64,000 nucleotides of DNA, from positions 2,432,001 through 2,496,000 of the forward strand of contig OY729428.2 of the NCBI GenBank assembly GCA_963422375.2. Direction: 5' to 3'. This document shows positions 45,775 through 56,549 of this stretch, piece by piece; the stretch's first letter is position 1; each line of letters begins with the position of its first letter. The stretch is from Bryobacterales bacterium (GTDB lineage: Bacteria; Acidobacteriota; Terriglobia; Bryobacterales; UBA6623). The notes beneath the pieces were generated by a model. The model did no database searches and was not told where the DNA came from. It saw nothing but the letters and a program-made list of their open reading frames with translations. The translations under genes were made by a program, and so were the position numbers.

Positions 45775-46734
45775 CTAGACGTCGCAAAGCCGGACCGCCT
45801 GCTTCAGCGAGTCGAGCGGGTCCTGGGTCGGGATGAACTCGTGACCCACGCACCCCTGGTAGCCGGTCTCGGCAAGGGCCTCCATCACCGACGGGTAGTG
45901 AATCTCCTGCCGCAGGTGGAGCTCGTTGCGACCGGGATTACCCGCCGTATGCACGTGCCCGATCAGGTCCTTCATCTCCCCGATGCGTCGGATCACGTCG
46001 CCGTTCATGATCTGCACGTGATAGACGTCGAACAGCAGCTTCGCCCGGGGCGACGCGACCTCCCGGATGATGTCGGCGCAGTAGTCTATGTCGTCTCCCT
46101 GGTAGCCGGGATGCCCCTTCATGGGGTGCGAGGCGTCGCGTGTGTTGAGCATCTCCAAGCAGACGGTCACGCCCTTCTCCTCGCCGTAGGCGGCGAGTTC
46201 CCGCAGGCCCTCGATCGTATTCCTAGCACCCTCCTCGCGGGAGATCTCCCCGCTTGCCGGGTCCTCTGGATCCTGCCACTTATAGCCGTTGAACGCGATC
46301 ACGCTGGGGACGCCCTCCGCGGAGCAGGCGTCCATGACCGTCTTGGTCACCTCGATCACCTGCTGCTGGTGCCGGGGATTGTTCAGCCCCTTCACGAATG
46401 GCGGTCCGGGCATCCCGTTGCTGGCGATCGCGCAGGTCAGCCCGTGCTCTCGCACCGTCGCCCACTGCTCGGGCGCGAGCAGCTCGACGCTCTTGAGGCC
46501 GAGGCCTGCCGCATGGCCCGCCAGCGTGTCGAGGTCCCAGGCCCATTCGGAGGTCTCGAAGCACCAGAAGCAAACGGAGTGCCGGATTCGTTCGCTCGAG
46601 GCGCGGGTCCACTGTTCCTCCGAGCCGGCCGGCGCGTCGCCGCCGCATGCTCCCAGCGTCGCGACGCCGGCCGCGCCGCCGCATCCGAGGAGAGTCCGGC
46701 GGGTCATGTCGCCGTCGTGTCGACCGGTAGCCAT
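45775..46734 (-). CDS. Hydroxypyruvate isomerase-like TIM-barrel protein with Tat-like signal
   Basis: TRRTLL signal; CLEMLN, LFDVYHVQI, HVHTAGNPGR, GHEFIP. Confidence 0.85.
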   Translation of the reverse strand: MATGRHDGDMTRRTLLGCGGAAGVATLGACGGDAPAGSEEQWTRASSERIRHSVCFWCFETSEWAWDLDTLAGHAAGLGLKSVELLAPEQWATVREHGLTCAIASNGMPGPPFVKGLNNPRHQQQVIEVTKTVMDACSAEGVPSVIAFNGYKWQDPEDPASGEISREEGARNTIEGLRELAAYGEEKGVTVCLEMLNTRDASHPMKGHPGYQGDDIDYCADIIREVASPRAKLLFDVYHVQIMNGDVIRRIGEMKDLIGHVHTAGNPGRNELHLRQEIHYPSVMEALAETGYQGCVGHEFIPTQDPLDSLKQAVRLCDV

Positions 46735-47171
46735 GGAGCGTGCCTCCTGTGTCGCGCAGCAGCCCCGTGAGGGGGGCGCATTGACTCAGTCTGATGCCTG
46801 CGGCCATGCAATTGCAACCGGGCGCGCCCGCGCGGGGCCGCCGGACGCCCCGAGACACGGGCGGCCAGCCGGTCGACCGTGTGCTCTAGCGGCATGACGG
46901 TCGAGCCGTATTGCCGCGGGCCCCTGTATCTGACCGGCGTGTCGAATCGCAGATCGAGTCCTGCGGGCACATCAGCTAGCGACCGTCGGAGCCTAGCCGA
47001 GTGGCGGAGGGTCAGAAGGTCGTGAGGCACGTCCAAGGAAGCGGGGAGAACGGGATGTCGCCGCAGCGGCGCGACAGGAACAGGCGCGGCGAAGCGATCT
47101 GAATGGCGCGCGGGCGCCCAGCCCGACAATCACCCCGCGAAGTCCAAGCGGCGCTGCGCGCCGCGGCGACG

Positions 47172-48812
47172 CTAGCGGGCCTCGGTGACAACGGTGATCT
47201 CGTTCACCGGGACTCCCTCCACCGTCTGGGTGTGTCCGCTCGGCCAGTCGACTTGGATGGTCACCGGCTCGGTCTCGCCGCCCAGCCCGAAGTGAAGCGG
47301 CCGCAGGCTCGAGGACGCATAGCCCACGGCGCTCTTCATCCAGCGGGTCTGCCTCCCGACGCGCGCCACCGCACCGAGCGCATTCGCGTTGCACCGGGTC
47401 CCAGCCAGCCGTAGAGCCACCCAGTTCCCCGCCCCAGGGGTCGAGTTGCGCAGGATCCGCGCCGGCTCGCCGAGGGCGCTCGCCACTGCATCGAGCAGGC
47501 CGTCGCCGTCGAAGTCCGCGACGGCGAGCCCCCTGTGCGCGCCGGGGGCGCTGATCTCGGTGGACTCGGCGAACTTCCCCGACGCGCTGCGGAAGACCGT
47601 GACGGGCTGCCGGTATGCGAAGGGCTCGAAGTGCGCAACCTGGTCGTTGACGTGCGAATTGGCCGTGAGGAGGTCCAGCCAACCGTCGTTGTCGAAATCG
47701 GCGAATGCGTTGCCCCAGCCCGCGAAGCGGCGCGACGCCTTGGCGAGGCCGCTCGCCACCGTGGCGTCGCGGAAGGCCCCGCCGGCCCCGCCCCGGAACA
47801 GCGGGAAGGTCTCGTTGCTCAGGGCCGTCACGGAGAGGTCCGCGAGTCCGTCCCGGTCGAAGTCCCCGACATCGACCCCCATCGAGGCCACCGGCCTCCC
47901 GTGATCCAGCAGGGCCGCCCCGGACAGCAGCGCATCCTCCGAGAACGCGCCGTCCCCGAGGTTCGCGAACAGGAAGTTGGGCAGGTTGTCGTTCGTAACG
48001 AAGGCGTCCTGGCGGCCGTCCCCGTCAAAGTCGGCGAACGCGACGCTCATGCCCCGTCCCTCGTGAGCGGCGATGCCGGACCCGACGGTGACATCCTCGA
48101 ACCTCCCGCCACCGCGATTCCTGTACAGGCGGTTGGCGACCGGCGTCAGGTACTTCGGATGGCAGTAGACCCGGATGCCGCGCTCGCGGTCGCCGCAGTA
48201 CCGGTCGAAGTCCGGGGTCCAGTCGGCGTAATTGACCACGAAGAGGTCAAGCAGCCGGTCGCCGTCGTAATCGAACCAGCCGGCGGCCACCGCCCATTCC
48301 GCGCTCGTGATGCCCGAATCCGCCGTGACGTCCTCGAAGCTGCCGTCGCCCCGGTTGCGGTAGAGGATGCTGCGGAAAACGCCGGCGACGAACAGGTCGG
48401 CGTCCCCGTCATTGTCGTAGTCGGCGGCGGCGGCTCCCATCGAATACCCTTGCCCGGCCAGACCGGTTTCGTCTGTCATGTCGGCGAAGCGCATGCCCCC
48501 TAGATTGCGGTACAGGCGGTTGTAGTAGGAGGGTGACGACTTTTCCAAGGCGCCCCGATCCGCGCCGTTGGCGAAGAAGACATCCAGCCGCCCGTCGCCG
48601 TCGGAATCGAAGACCGCGACTCCCCCCGCCATCGTCTCGATCATGCGCTTCTCGGGAGTGGGCTCGTGACGCAACGTGAACCGGACGCCGGAATCCGGAC
48701 CAGCTTCCTCGAACCGAACCTGCGCCGCGGCTCGCTCGACAGCGGGCGGGCCGTGCAGCGAGAGGGCCGCGCCGAGGAGCAACCACCGGAGACGCTCGCG
48801 CAAGCAGGGCAC
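47172..48812 (-). CDS. CRTAC1-family (FG-GAP/VCBS repeats + ASPIC/UnbV) protein
   Basis: Repeated DxDxDGxxD motifs; LHFGLG..VDWPSG. Confidence 0.92.
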   Translation of the reverse strand: MPCLRERLRWLLLGAALSLHGPPAVERAAAQVRFEEAGPDSGVRFTLRHEPTPEKRMIETMAGGVAVFDSDGDGRLDVFFANGADRGALEKSSPSYYNRLYRNLGGMRFADMTDETGLAGQGYSMGAAAADYDNDGDADLFVAGVFRSILYRNRGDGSFEDVTADSGITSAEWAVAAGWFDYDGDRLLDLFVVNYADWTPDFDRYCGDRERGIRVYCHPKYLTPVANRLYRNRGGGRFEDVTVGSGIAAHEGRGMSVAFADFDGDGRQDAFVTNDNLPNFLFANLGDGAFSEDALLSGAALLDHGRPVASMGVDVGDFDRDGLADLSVTALSNETFPLFRGGAGGAFRDATVASGLAKASRRFAGWGNAFADFDNDGWLDLLTANSHVNDQVAHFEPFAYRQPVTVFRSASGKFAESTEISAPGAHRGLAVADFDGDGLLDAVASALGEPARILRNSTPGAGNWVALRLAGTRCNANALGAVARVGRQTRWMKSAVGYASSSLRPLHFGLGGETEPVTIQVDWPSGHTQTVEGVPVNEITVVTEAR

Positions 48813-49111
48813 GTCTCAGAGTAATCCGGCCGCGGCCCGTTAGGCCCGCGCCCGCCGCGCGCGAGGCCGTCGCCGCCGCGAGCAGACATCGCGTCGACAC
48901 GGGCCTTCCTGATCGGGGTTCGCACCGCAAGGCCCAATCTTTCAATGGTTTAGAGTCTCCGTTTGACATCCGGAGCGGGGCGTGCGACTGTAGGAAGTCA
49001 TCAGCTCTCGTGACCGTCCGGGGCGGGTCTGAAACGCCAAACGACGGGCTGGGTTGGGGCGATAAGGTTTCACGAGGCCCGTCGCACGTGTCATCGTTGG
49101 AGGGAAATTTC

Positions 49112-52100
49112 ATGACCAAATCCACTTCCGGTTTCCGGAGGTCGGTAGTACTCCTCGCCGTCGCGGTGCTCGCTTGCGCCGCGCCGTCTTCAGGCCAAGT
49201 GCTCTACGGCTCGCTCGTGGGCATCGTCACGGACGGAACAGGGGCCGTCGTGCCCGGCGCGGAGATCTCGGCAGTGAGCAACGCGACCGGACTAGAGCTC
49301 AGCACGAGCTCCGGCGCGGATGGGCTCTTCCGCATCGTCAACGTGCAGGTGGGCGGCTACGACGTCTCCTTGACGTCCGAGGGCTTCCGGACCCACACGG
49401 CGGCGAACGTGAGCGTCACCGCGAACGAAGTGACCCGCGTAGACGTGGAGCTTGTCCTCGGGCAGGTGACCGAGCAGGTCACGGTGGAAGCGTCCGCCGC
49501 GCAGCTGCAGACCGAGAAGGCCGATACCCGCGCCGAGATCAGCCAAGAGGCCATCACGAACTTCCCGCTGCCGGCGTTCCGAAACTACCAGAGCCTCGTC
49601 AACCTAGTGCCGGGCGCGACCCCGGCCCGCTTCCAGAACTCGATTCTCGACACGCCGGCCCGCGCGCTGAGCACGAACGTGAACGGCACGAACCGGAACA
49701 ACAACGTGACTCGCATCGACGGCGCAGCCAGCATCAACGTGTGGCTGCCCCACCACGCCGGCTACATCGCTCCCGCCGAGACCATCGAGGAAGTGTCGAT
49801 CACCACGGGCTCGGGCGACGCCGAGCAGGGGCTCTCCGGCGGGGCCTCGACGACCGTCATCACCAAGTCCGGGACAAACGACCTGCACGGCTCGGCGTTC
49901 TGGTTCCACGACAACTCGAGCATGCGCGCGCGCAACTACTTCGCCAAGTCGATTCCCGAGAGCAATTTCAACAACGCCGGCGCCACTATCGGCGGGCCGA
50001 TCCAGAGCAACAAGCTGTTCTACTTCTTCAGCTTCGACAACACGTCGCAGAACGTCGCCGGCGTGCGAACCGGCGACGAAGTCCCGACCGCCGACCAAAG
50101 AAACGGAGACTTCAGCGCCTACTTCCCGGCGACGGTGATCTACGACCCGTACTCGGGCACGCCGGACGGTACCGGTCGCGAGCCCTTCCAGAACAACCAG
50201 ATTCCGCGCGCCCTGCAGGACGAGATCGCCCGGACGGTACAGGGCTACTACCCGGAGCCGAACCAGCCCGGCACGAACAACAATTTCCACTCAGAGGCAT
50301 CGCCGCCGTTCGACAGGGCCTACTACGACACCAAGATCAACGTCAACGTCACCCAGGACTACAGGATGTGGTTCAAGCACGGGCTGATGGACGCGCCGGT
50401 GTCGGGCTCCCCGATCTTCGGCGAGGCGGGCGGCCCGGCAGCGGGCGGCAGCCCCGGCAACGCCGAGACGCTCGTCAACCTAGCGACCTTCGGGCACAAC
50501 TACATCTTCACGCCGACGCTCCTCTACGACGGCGTCTTCGGATTCTGGCGCCAGGACCAGTCGGTCTATCCGTCGGACTTCGGGAAGGACTTCAACCTCG
50601 GCATCCCAGGCGTCGGCGGGCCGGACCCCCGCCAGAAGGGCTTCCCGAACATCCATCCCGGCTACACCTGGCTCGGCTCGCCCGGGTGGCAGCCGCTCGA
50701 GCGCGTCGAGGAGAACTGGACAACCAGCCAGAACTTCACATTCATCCGGGGAGCGCATCAGGTTCGATTCGGCTTCGACGGGATCCTGCTCAAGCTCAGT
50801 CACTGGCAGCCCGAGTTGGGCGGCGGCCCGCGGGGTAATATCCACTTCAACGGCGACGTCACCGCGCTCAAGGGAGGCGATATCGCGCCCGATCAGTACA
50901 ACACCTACGCGGCCTTCCTGCTGGGCCAGTCCTCGCGCATGCGCAAGGCGATCCAGCACGTGCTGGCCACCGGGGCCGAATGGCAGTTCGCGAGCTACGT
51001 CACGGACCGCTGGCAGGTCTCGAGGAACGTGACGGTCAATCTCGGCCTGCGCTACGAGTACTACCCCCTGATGTCCCGCGCCGGCGGCAAGGGCATCGAG
51101 CGCTACGACCCGTTCACCAACAAGATGTACATGGGCGGTCGCGGCGGCACTCCCAAGAATGCCGGCATCGAGGTCAGCAAGGCCCTGTTCTCGCCGCGCG
51201 GCGGCATCGCTTACCGCGTCGACGACAAGACGGTGGTCCGGACGGGATTCGGCCTCAACTACAGCCCGATGCCGTTCTCGCGCCCCATGCGGGGCCAGTA
51301 CCCGCTCACGGTCGCCTTCGACTTCCAGCGAGACAACACCTTCACCCTCTTCCGCACGTTCTCCGACGGCATCCCGCCCGTGGTCGGGCCGGACGTGGAC
51401 CAAGGCGTGATTGACGTGCCGCTAACCGCCGGATTCCGCAGCCCTTACGAGGGCACGCTGAACCGGGGCTACATCGCGTCGTGGAACTTTACCGTCGAGC
51501 GCGAGCTGCCCGGTCAGATCTTCACCTCGGTCGGTTACGTGGCCACGCGGTCCGTCGACATGCTGGCCGACCGGGACATCAACGCGTCCCGCCCCGGCGA
51601 AGGCAACGCCGGCCGCCCGTGGGCGCACGTGGCCGGACGCAAGCAGAACATCAACATGTGGGATAGCTATCTCAACTCGGACTATCAATCGCTGCAGCTC
51701 GCGATCAACCGGGCGGTCGGCGACGGGCTGATGCTCAAGGGGGCGTACACCTGGTCAAAGGCGATTAACATGGCCGACGACGAGGGCTGGGCCGGCGTCT
51801 GGTGGGACCATGAGGACGTGTTCATGCGGAACCGCGCACGTGCCGGCTACGACCGGACGCAGATGTTCCAGATGGGATTCGTCTACGAGCTTCCGTTCCT
51901 GAAGAACAACAACTCGGCAGCAGGCCGAATCCTAGGAAACTGGCAGGTTAGCGGTGTCACCGCCCTATTCACCGGAACGCCTAGGTCGATCAGGGCGTCT
52001 AGCAGCTCGCTCAACGCGGCGAGCGCAGTGCAGACAGCGGATCAAGTCGGCGCGATCAGGAAGATCGGGGCTACCGGCCCCGGCCAGCACTACTACGATC

Positions 52101-52375
52101 CGTCATCCTTCAAGCCAGTCACCGAGCAGCGGTTCGGAACGTCAGGCCGCAACATCCTCGACACGCCAGGAGTGACCAACCTCGACCTGAGCATCTTCAA
52201 GAAATTCCCGATCGGCGAGAAGGCGGAGGCGGAATTCCGAGCGGAATTCTACAACTTCACCAACACGCCGCAGTTTGGTCGGTTCAACGACGACGCAAGC
52301 AGCGGAGGATTCATGACGATCAGCTCCGCTTCCAACGAGCGCTACGCACGGATCGGCTTGCGATTCGAGTTCTAG
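49112..52375 (+). CDS. TonB-dependent receptor with carboxypeptidase-regulatory-like N-terminal domain
   Basis: Signal peptide, GIVTDGTGAVVPGA, TKSGTN, NLGLRYE, C-terminal LRFEF. Confidence 0.93.
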   Translation: MTKSTSGFRRSVVLLAVAVLACAAPSSGQVLYGSLVGIVTDGTGAVVPGAEISAVSNATGLELSTSSGADGLFRIVNVQVGGYDVSLTSEGFRTHTAANVSVTANEVTRVDVELVLGQVTEQVTVEASAAQLQTEKADTRAEISQEAITNFPLPAFRNYQSLVNLVPGATPARFQNSILDTPARALSTNVNGTNRNNNVTRIDGAASINVWLPHHAGYIAPAETIEEVSITTGSGDAEQGLSGGASTTVITKSGTNDLHGSAFWFHDNSSMRARNYFAKSIPESNFNNAGATIGGPIQSNKLFYFFSFDNTSQNVAGVRTGDEVPTADQRNGDFSAYFPATVIYDPYSGTPDGTGREPFQNNQIPRALQDEIARTVQGYYPEPNQPGTNNNFHSEASPPFDRAYYDTKINVNVTQDYRMWFKHGLMDAPVSGSPIFGEAGGPAAGGSPGNAETLVNLATFGHNYIFTPTLLYDGVFGFWRQDQSVYPSDFGKDFNLGIPGVGGPDPRQKGFPNIHPGYTWLGSPGWQPLERVEENWTTSQNFTFIRGAHQVRFGFDGILLKLSHWQPELGGGPRGNIHFNGDVTALKGGDIAPDQYNTYAAFLLGQSSRMRKAIQHVLATGAEWQFASYVTDRWQVSRNVTVNLGLRYEYYPLMSRAGGKGIERYDPFTNKMYMGGRGGTPKNAGIEVSKALFSPRGGIAYRVDDKTVVRTGFGLNYSPMPFSRPMRGQYPLTVAFDFQRDNTFTLFRTFSDGIPPVVGPDVDQGVIDVPLTAGFRSPYEGTLNRGYIASWNFTVERELPGQIFTSVGYVATRSVDMLADRDINASRPGEGNAGRPWAHVAGRKQNINMWDSYLNSDYQSLQLAINRAVGDGLMLKGAYTWSKAINMADDEGWAGVWWDHEDVFMRNRARAGYDRTQMFQMGFVYELPFLKNNNSAAGRILGNWQVSGVTALFTGTPRSIRASSSSLNAASAVQTADQVGAIRKIGATGPGQHYYDPSSFKPVTEQRFGTSGRNILDTPGVTNLDLSIFKKFPIGEKAEAEFRAEFYNFTNTPQFGRFNDDASSGGFMTISSASNERYARIGLRFEF

Positions 52376-52399
52376 CCGACCGAGTCAAGCTGAACCATG

Positions 52400-52428
52400 A
52401 AGGGCCTGCCCGCGGGCAGGCCCTTTTC
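52400..52428 (+). terminator. Rho-independent terminator
   Basis: aagggcctgcc-cgcg-ggcaggccctttt. Confidence 0.8.
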
Positions 52429-52469
52429 CGTCACTGCGAGGCACGGCCTATGTCCCAAGCTGTGGGAAT

Positions 52470-54005
52470 ATGAAATCTACCGGCGTGCAGGCGTCCAGTG
52501 CATTCCCGATCCCCGGTGCCCGCTTCCTCGTTGCAGCCGCCTCCCTAATTGCCTTCCCTGCGAGCCCGTCCGCGCAGTCCGATCCAGCCACCCTCGCCGA
52601 GCGCGCGAATCGAGCCATGGCCTCGCGGCAGTTCCCGGAGGCGGCCGCGCTTTACGACGAGCTCGCTAGGAGCTTCCCCAACGAGCCCTCGCTACAGGCC
52701 AACCTCGGCATGGCGCTCCACCTCGCGCGCCGCGACAGGGAGGCGATCCCCCACCTCAGGCAGGCCGCGTCGGCCATGCCTTCCTCCTTCCAAGCCCACC
52801 TGTTTCTCGGGGCCGGCCTGACTCGCCTAGAGGATTTCGCCGAGGCGGTCGAGCCCCTGCGCCACGCCGTCCGGCTCAATTCCAAGGATCCGTTCGCCCA
52901 AGCGCTACTCGCCGATTCGCTGGAGAGCACGGGCGGGTACGCCGAGGCCAGGGCCGTCTGGATGACCCTGCGCGAACTGGACCGCCGCAACGCATTCGCT
53001 CATGCCGGCCTCGTGCGCTGCTACGAGCAGCTGGCTGCACTAGCCTTCACCGACCTGAAGAATCGCGATCCGGAATCCCCGTGGGTCCTGCGACTCCTCG
53101 CGCGCGCGCGCCTCGCCGGCGAGCAGTACCCCAGCGCGCTCTACTTGTTCCGCCAGGCCTTGGCGCGGGCGCCGGGCGAGCGCTCTCTCCACGAAGCGGT
53201 CGCTCAGATCTACGAGCGGACGGGGCGCGCAGAATGGGCCCGGACCGAGCGCGAGAGGCTGGCTGCGCTCCCCGAGACGGAGTGTTCGACGGTCCGCACG
53301 GCGGCTTGCGACTTCGCCGCGGGCCGCCTCGAGTCGATTACCGAGCCGACGCCACACGCGTCGGCGGAGGACGTCTTCTGGGCGGCACGGGCGTACGCCG
53401 AGCTGGCCGAGAGTTCCTTCGCAGATCTCGCGGCGCTTCCCGAGTCGCCCGAGAAACTGGAGCTCGTCTCGGTCATCCTCGCGTCCCAAGGCGAGTTCTC
53501 CAAGGCTGCCGACGCCGTCCGGAGAGCGTTGGAGGTGACCCCCGGCGACGCTTCCCAGGAACGCCAGCTGGCGGAATTGCTCTACCTGGCCCGCCAGTTC
53601 GACGACGCCCGCCCGCTGCTCGAGCGCTTCGCGCGGGAGGACAGCCGCGACCCGCGGTGGCCCGCGATGCTGGGCAGCATCCTAGCCGACGAGCAGGACT
53701 TCAACAAGGCCGTCGCGCATCTCGAAGCAGCCATGGCGCTGCCCAATCCGCCTGCGACCGCGAGGCTCGACCTCGGGCGCTCGTACCTCTCCGCGGGAAA
53801 GCCGCAGGAAGCGATCGAGCACCTGCGCGGATCCCTAGGCATGGACACGGACGGCAGCGTCCACTACCAGCTCGCACAGGCATATCAGCAAGCCGGCCAG
53901 ACGGAGGCGGCGCGCGACGCGCTGGCCAAGTACCGGACACTCGCCGAGGCCAGCCGGCAGGCGACAGCGGCCTCCGCATCCTTGGAAATCACGCCTCCGA
54001 ACTGA
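52470..54005 (+). CDS. Tetratricopeptide repeat protein
   Basis: Signal-like N-terminus and repeated TPR-like helices (ANLGMAL, LDLGRSY, YQLAQAY). Confidence 0.88.
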   Translation: MKSTGVQASSAFPIPGARFLVAAASLIAFPASPSAQSDPATLAERANRAMASRQFPEAAALYDELARSFPNEPSLQANLGMALHLARRDREAIPHLRQAASAMPSSFQAHLFLGAGLTRLEDFAEAVEPLRHAVRLNSKDPFAQALLADSLESTGGYAEARAVWMTLRELDRRNAFAHAGLVRCYEQLAALAFTDLKNRDPESPWVLRLLARARLAGEQYPSALYLFRQALARAPGERSLHEAVAQIYERTGRAEWARTERERLAALPETECSTVRTAACDFAAGRLESITEPTPHASAEDVFWAARAYAELAESSFADLAALPESPEKLELVSVILASQGEFSKAADAVRRALEVTPGDASQERQLAELLYLARQFDDARPLLERFAREDSRDPRWPAMLGSILADEQDFNKAVAHLEAAMALPNPPATARLDLGRSYLSAGKPQEAIEHLRGSLGMDTDGSVHYQLAQAYQQAGQTEAARDALAKYRTLAEASRQATAASASLEITPPN

Positions 54006-54167
54006 CGGACGCTCCTGCGCCGGACACGCCGGAGAACGCAGCGAGGGTCACTCGATTCGGCGGAATCGCGCCCGGACCCGACTGCGCGCCGAGGCTCGGC
54101 GCTCGCGGGCTAGGCAACTCGCGAGCGCTCCCTGGCATTGCGATATGATGATTCCGCCTGCTACGCA

Positions 54168-55214
54168 ATGAGCCACCAGAACAACTTCCCGAAACTGCAC
54201 AATGCCGCGTGGCCCGGTGTCGTCGGCAAGGGCCCGGACTCCGAGCCGCCGATCGACCTCGACACCATGCTCGACCTCACGGCGGCCACCGATGTCGGCG
54301 GCCGCAAGTTCGACGGCGTCGACCTGTTTCTGTTCGACCCGCACATCAGCATCGACATCTCGGACGACGACCTCAAGGCCTGGGCCGACAAGTTCTCCGA
54401 CCGCGGACTGGTGATCGGCTCGGTCGTCGCCCCCGTCTGGGGCCCGACCGGAGGCGGCGCGGCCATTGACCCCGGCGAAGGCCGGGCGGCGTTCCTCACA
54501 GCCGTGCGCAAGGGCTGCCGCATCGCACGAAATCTTTCCCAGTGGGGAATCCGCCCGTACGGCGTCGTCCGCATCGACTCCGCGAGCGGCGTCGGGGACT
54601 GGGCCCAGGATCCCGCTGGCAACACGGCGAACGTGGTCGAGACCTTCCGCCAGGCCGCCTCCATCGCCCGGGACCACGGCGAGCGCCTGGCAGCGGAAGG
54701 CGAGATCTGCTGGGGGGGGATACACAGCTGGAAGTACATGCTGGAGGTGCTCGAGGGCGTGAACGACCCGTCCCTCGGATTCCAGGCCGACATGGCGCAC
54801 ACCCTGCTCTACACGCTCGGCTACAACGCCCCGGAGCATGCCCTGCTCCCGCAGGGTTACGACTGGACGGACGCCGGCTTGCTCGACGACGCCCTCCGCA
54901 CGGTCACCGACGCGCTGCGCCCGTGGACGAACGACTTCCACGTCGCCCAGAACGACGGCACCGTGTTCGGCAGCGGCAGCCACGACCGCACCGGCCGACA
55001 CTGCCAAGCGACGGATCCCAGCGGCCGACTCGACATCACGCGCCATGCCGGGTTCTGGCTGCGCGACAGCAGCGGCGACGTCACCCGGAACTGCCGGCAT
55101 ATCTGCTGGGACGGCTGCATGTTCCCCAACGAGGTCATGATGCGACCCGAGACGTGGAACGACATCCTCGGCGTCATGGCGGCCGTGCAGGACGCCCACG
55201 GCTGGACTGAATAG
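54168..55214 (+). CDS. Xylose isomerase-like TIM-barrel protein
   Basis: [41 protein letters not shown]. Confidence 0.85.
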   Translation: MSHQNNFPKLHNAAWPGVVGKGPDSEPPIDLDTMLDLTAATDVGGRKFDGVDLFLFDPHISIDISDDDLKAWADKFSDRGLVIGSVVAPVWGPTGGGAAIDPGEGRAAFLTAVRKGCRIARNLSQWGIRPYGVVRIDSASGVGDWAQDPAGNTANVVETFRQAASIARDHGERLAAEGEICWGGIHSWKYMLEVLEGVNDPSLGFQADMAHTLLYTLGYNAPEHALLPQGYDWTDAGLLDDALRTVTDALRPWTNDFHVAQNDGTVFGSGSHDRTGRHCQATDPSGRLDITRHAGFWLRDSSGDVTRNCRHICWDGCMFPNEVMMRPETWNDILGVMAAVQDAHGWTE

Positions 55215-55215
55215 C

Positions 55216-55845
55216 CTAGGCACGCATCGATACGGATACCCTCGCGCCGCGATACAGCATCCAGGTTCCGGCCATCTGCACCACGTGGTAGAGGTCATTA
55301 TGGTTGAACTGCCTGTGCGGCGCGACACCCCCGGCTTGGATGGCGGCCGCAAGGAACGACACGAGCACGCCCAGGACGATCCATCGCGCGGAAGCCTCGC
55401 CGGTCCGGCGCCAACTCCTCGCATGCAAGGCGAGGACGAAACCGAACGCCAGCGAGTAGTCGATGATCGCGAGCAGGAATGCGGTGGTCTTGAGCGTCAA
55501 GAGGAGGTAGGCCGCGAGCTTCAGGCTCCCCGCGATCTCCGCCCGGCGACGCCATCGCGCCGAGAGATGCGCCCGGGCGGAAGCGACCGTTGCGAAGAAG
55601 GCGGCGCAACCGATGGAGGCAAGCGTCACCCACCACAGCGCCGCAGCGGGCCGTTGGCCCAGGAAGGGCAGAAAGCCGTGGTGGGAGCCCCCGGCGAAGG
55701 CCGCCACGGAGCAGGCGGCCAGCGCCGCCGCCCAGCTGCTCCGGCTCGGGTCGGGACGCTCGCGCCGCAGCCGCCAGGCCAGCGCAACGCACAGCAAGCC
55801 CAGCGCGTAGTCCGTCACTAGGGTCATCGGCTCGCGCAAGGCCAC
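55216..55845 (-). CDS. Multi-pass membrane protein of unknown function
   Basis: EPMTLVTDY, GGSHHGF, FNHNDLYH; several TM segments. Confidence 0.75.
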   Translation of the reverse strand: MALREPMTLVTDYALGLLCVALAWRLRRERPDPSRSSWAAALAACSVAAFAGGSHHGFLPFLGQRPAAALWWVTLASIGCAAFFATVASARAHLSARWRRRAEIAGSLKLAAYLLLTLKTTAFLLAIIDYSLAFGFVLALHARSWRRTGEASARWIVLGVLVSFLAAAIQAGGVAPHRQFNHNDLYHVVQMAGTWMLYRGARVSVSMRA

Positions 55846-55862
55846 GGTCGCTAGAATACGAT

Positions 55863-56549
55863 ATGAACACGCCCGAGCCAGCCCGCGGAAGGACTCGCGA
55901 CCGCAGCGCCTTCTGGGCCGCGGTCGCGGTAGTGGCCCTCGGAGCGACGGTGGCCGTCGCTTGGCAGCGCGGCTGGCTCGGCGGCCTGCTCAGCCAAGAC
56001 CAGCTGGTCGCTTGGATGCGGGACGAAGGGTGGGCGGGCCCCCTGATCTGCATCGGCATCCAGTTCCTGCAGGTGGTGATCTTCGCGATCCCGGGTGAGA
56101 TTACGCAGATCGCGGCGGGCTACGTCTTCGGCGCATGGTGGGGCTTCGCTTATTCCGTCGTCGGGATATTTCTCGGATCCGCTTTCGACTTCGGGTTCGC
56201 GAGGGCGGTCGGGCGTCCGGCCACGCAGCGATTGCTGGGCGCGGCCCGGCTCGAGGACATCGACCGTGGGTTGCAGTCACGCAAGGGCCTCGCGGCGGTA
56301 TTCCTGCTGTTCCTGCTTCCCGGGATGCCCAAGGACGCAATGTCGTACGGAGCCGGGCTGACCATGCTGCGCCTGCCAGTGTTCCTTGCGATCAGCGTGC
56401 CCGCCCGGATGCCCGCGCTGCTTCTGAGCACCCGCTTCGGCGAGGAAGCGTACGATCGCGACTACGCTTCGATGGCATGGGTGGCGGCAGGGGCCGGCCT
56501 GCTGCTGGCCGCCGCAGCGCTCTATCGTTGGACGCACCGGGCGAAATGA
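55863..56549 (+). CDS. TVP38/TMEM64 (DedA/VTT) family membrane protein
   Basis: LQVVIFAIPGE, AGYVFG, FLLPGMPKD. Confidence 0.88.
   Translation: MNTPEPARGRTRDRSAFWAAVAVVALGATVAVAWQRGWLGGLLSQDQLVAWMRDEGWAGPLICIGIQFLQVVIFAIPGEITQIAAGYVFGAWWGFAYSVVGIFLGSAFDFGFARAVGRPATQRLLGAARLEDIDRGLQSRKGLAAVFLLFLLPGMPKDAMSYGAGLTMLRLPVFLAISVPARMPALLLSTRFGEEAYDRDYASMAWVAAGAGLLLAAAALYRWTHRAK

Noticed and set aside
46740..47170. Possible structured ncRNA in a ~430-bp intergenic region
   Set aside because: No recognisable RNA family motif; a covariance-model search would be needed
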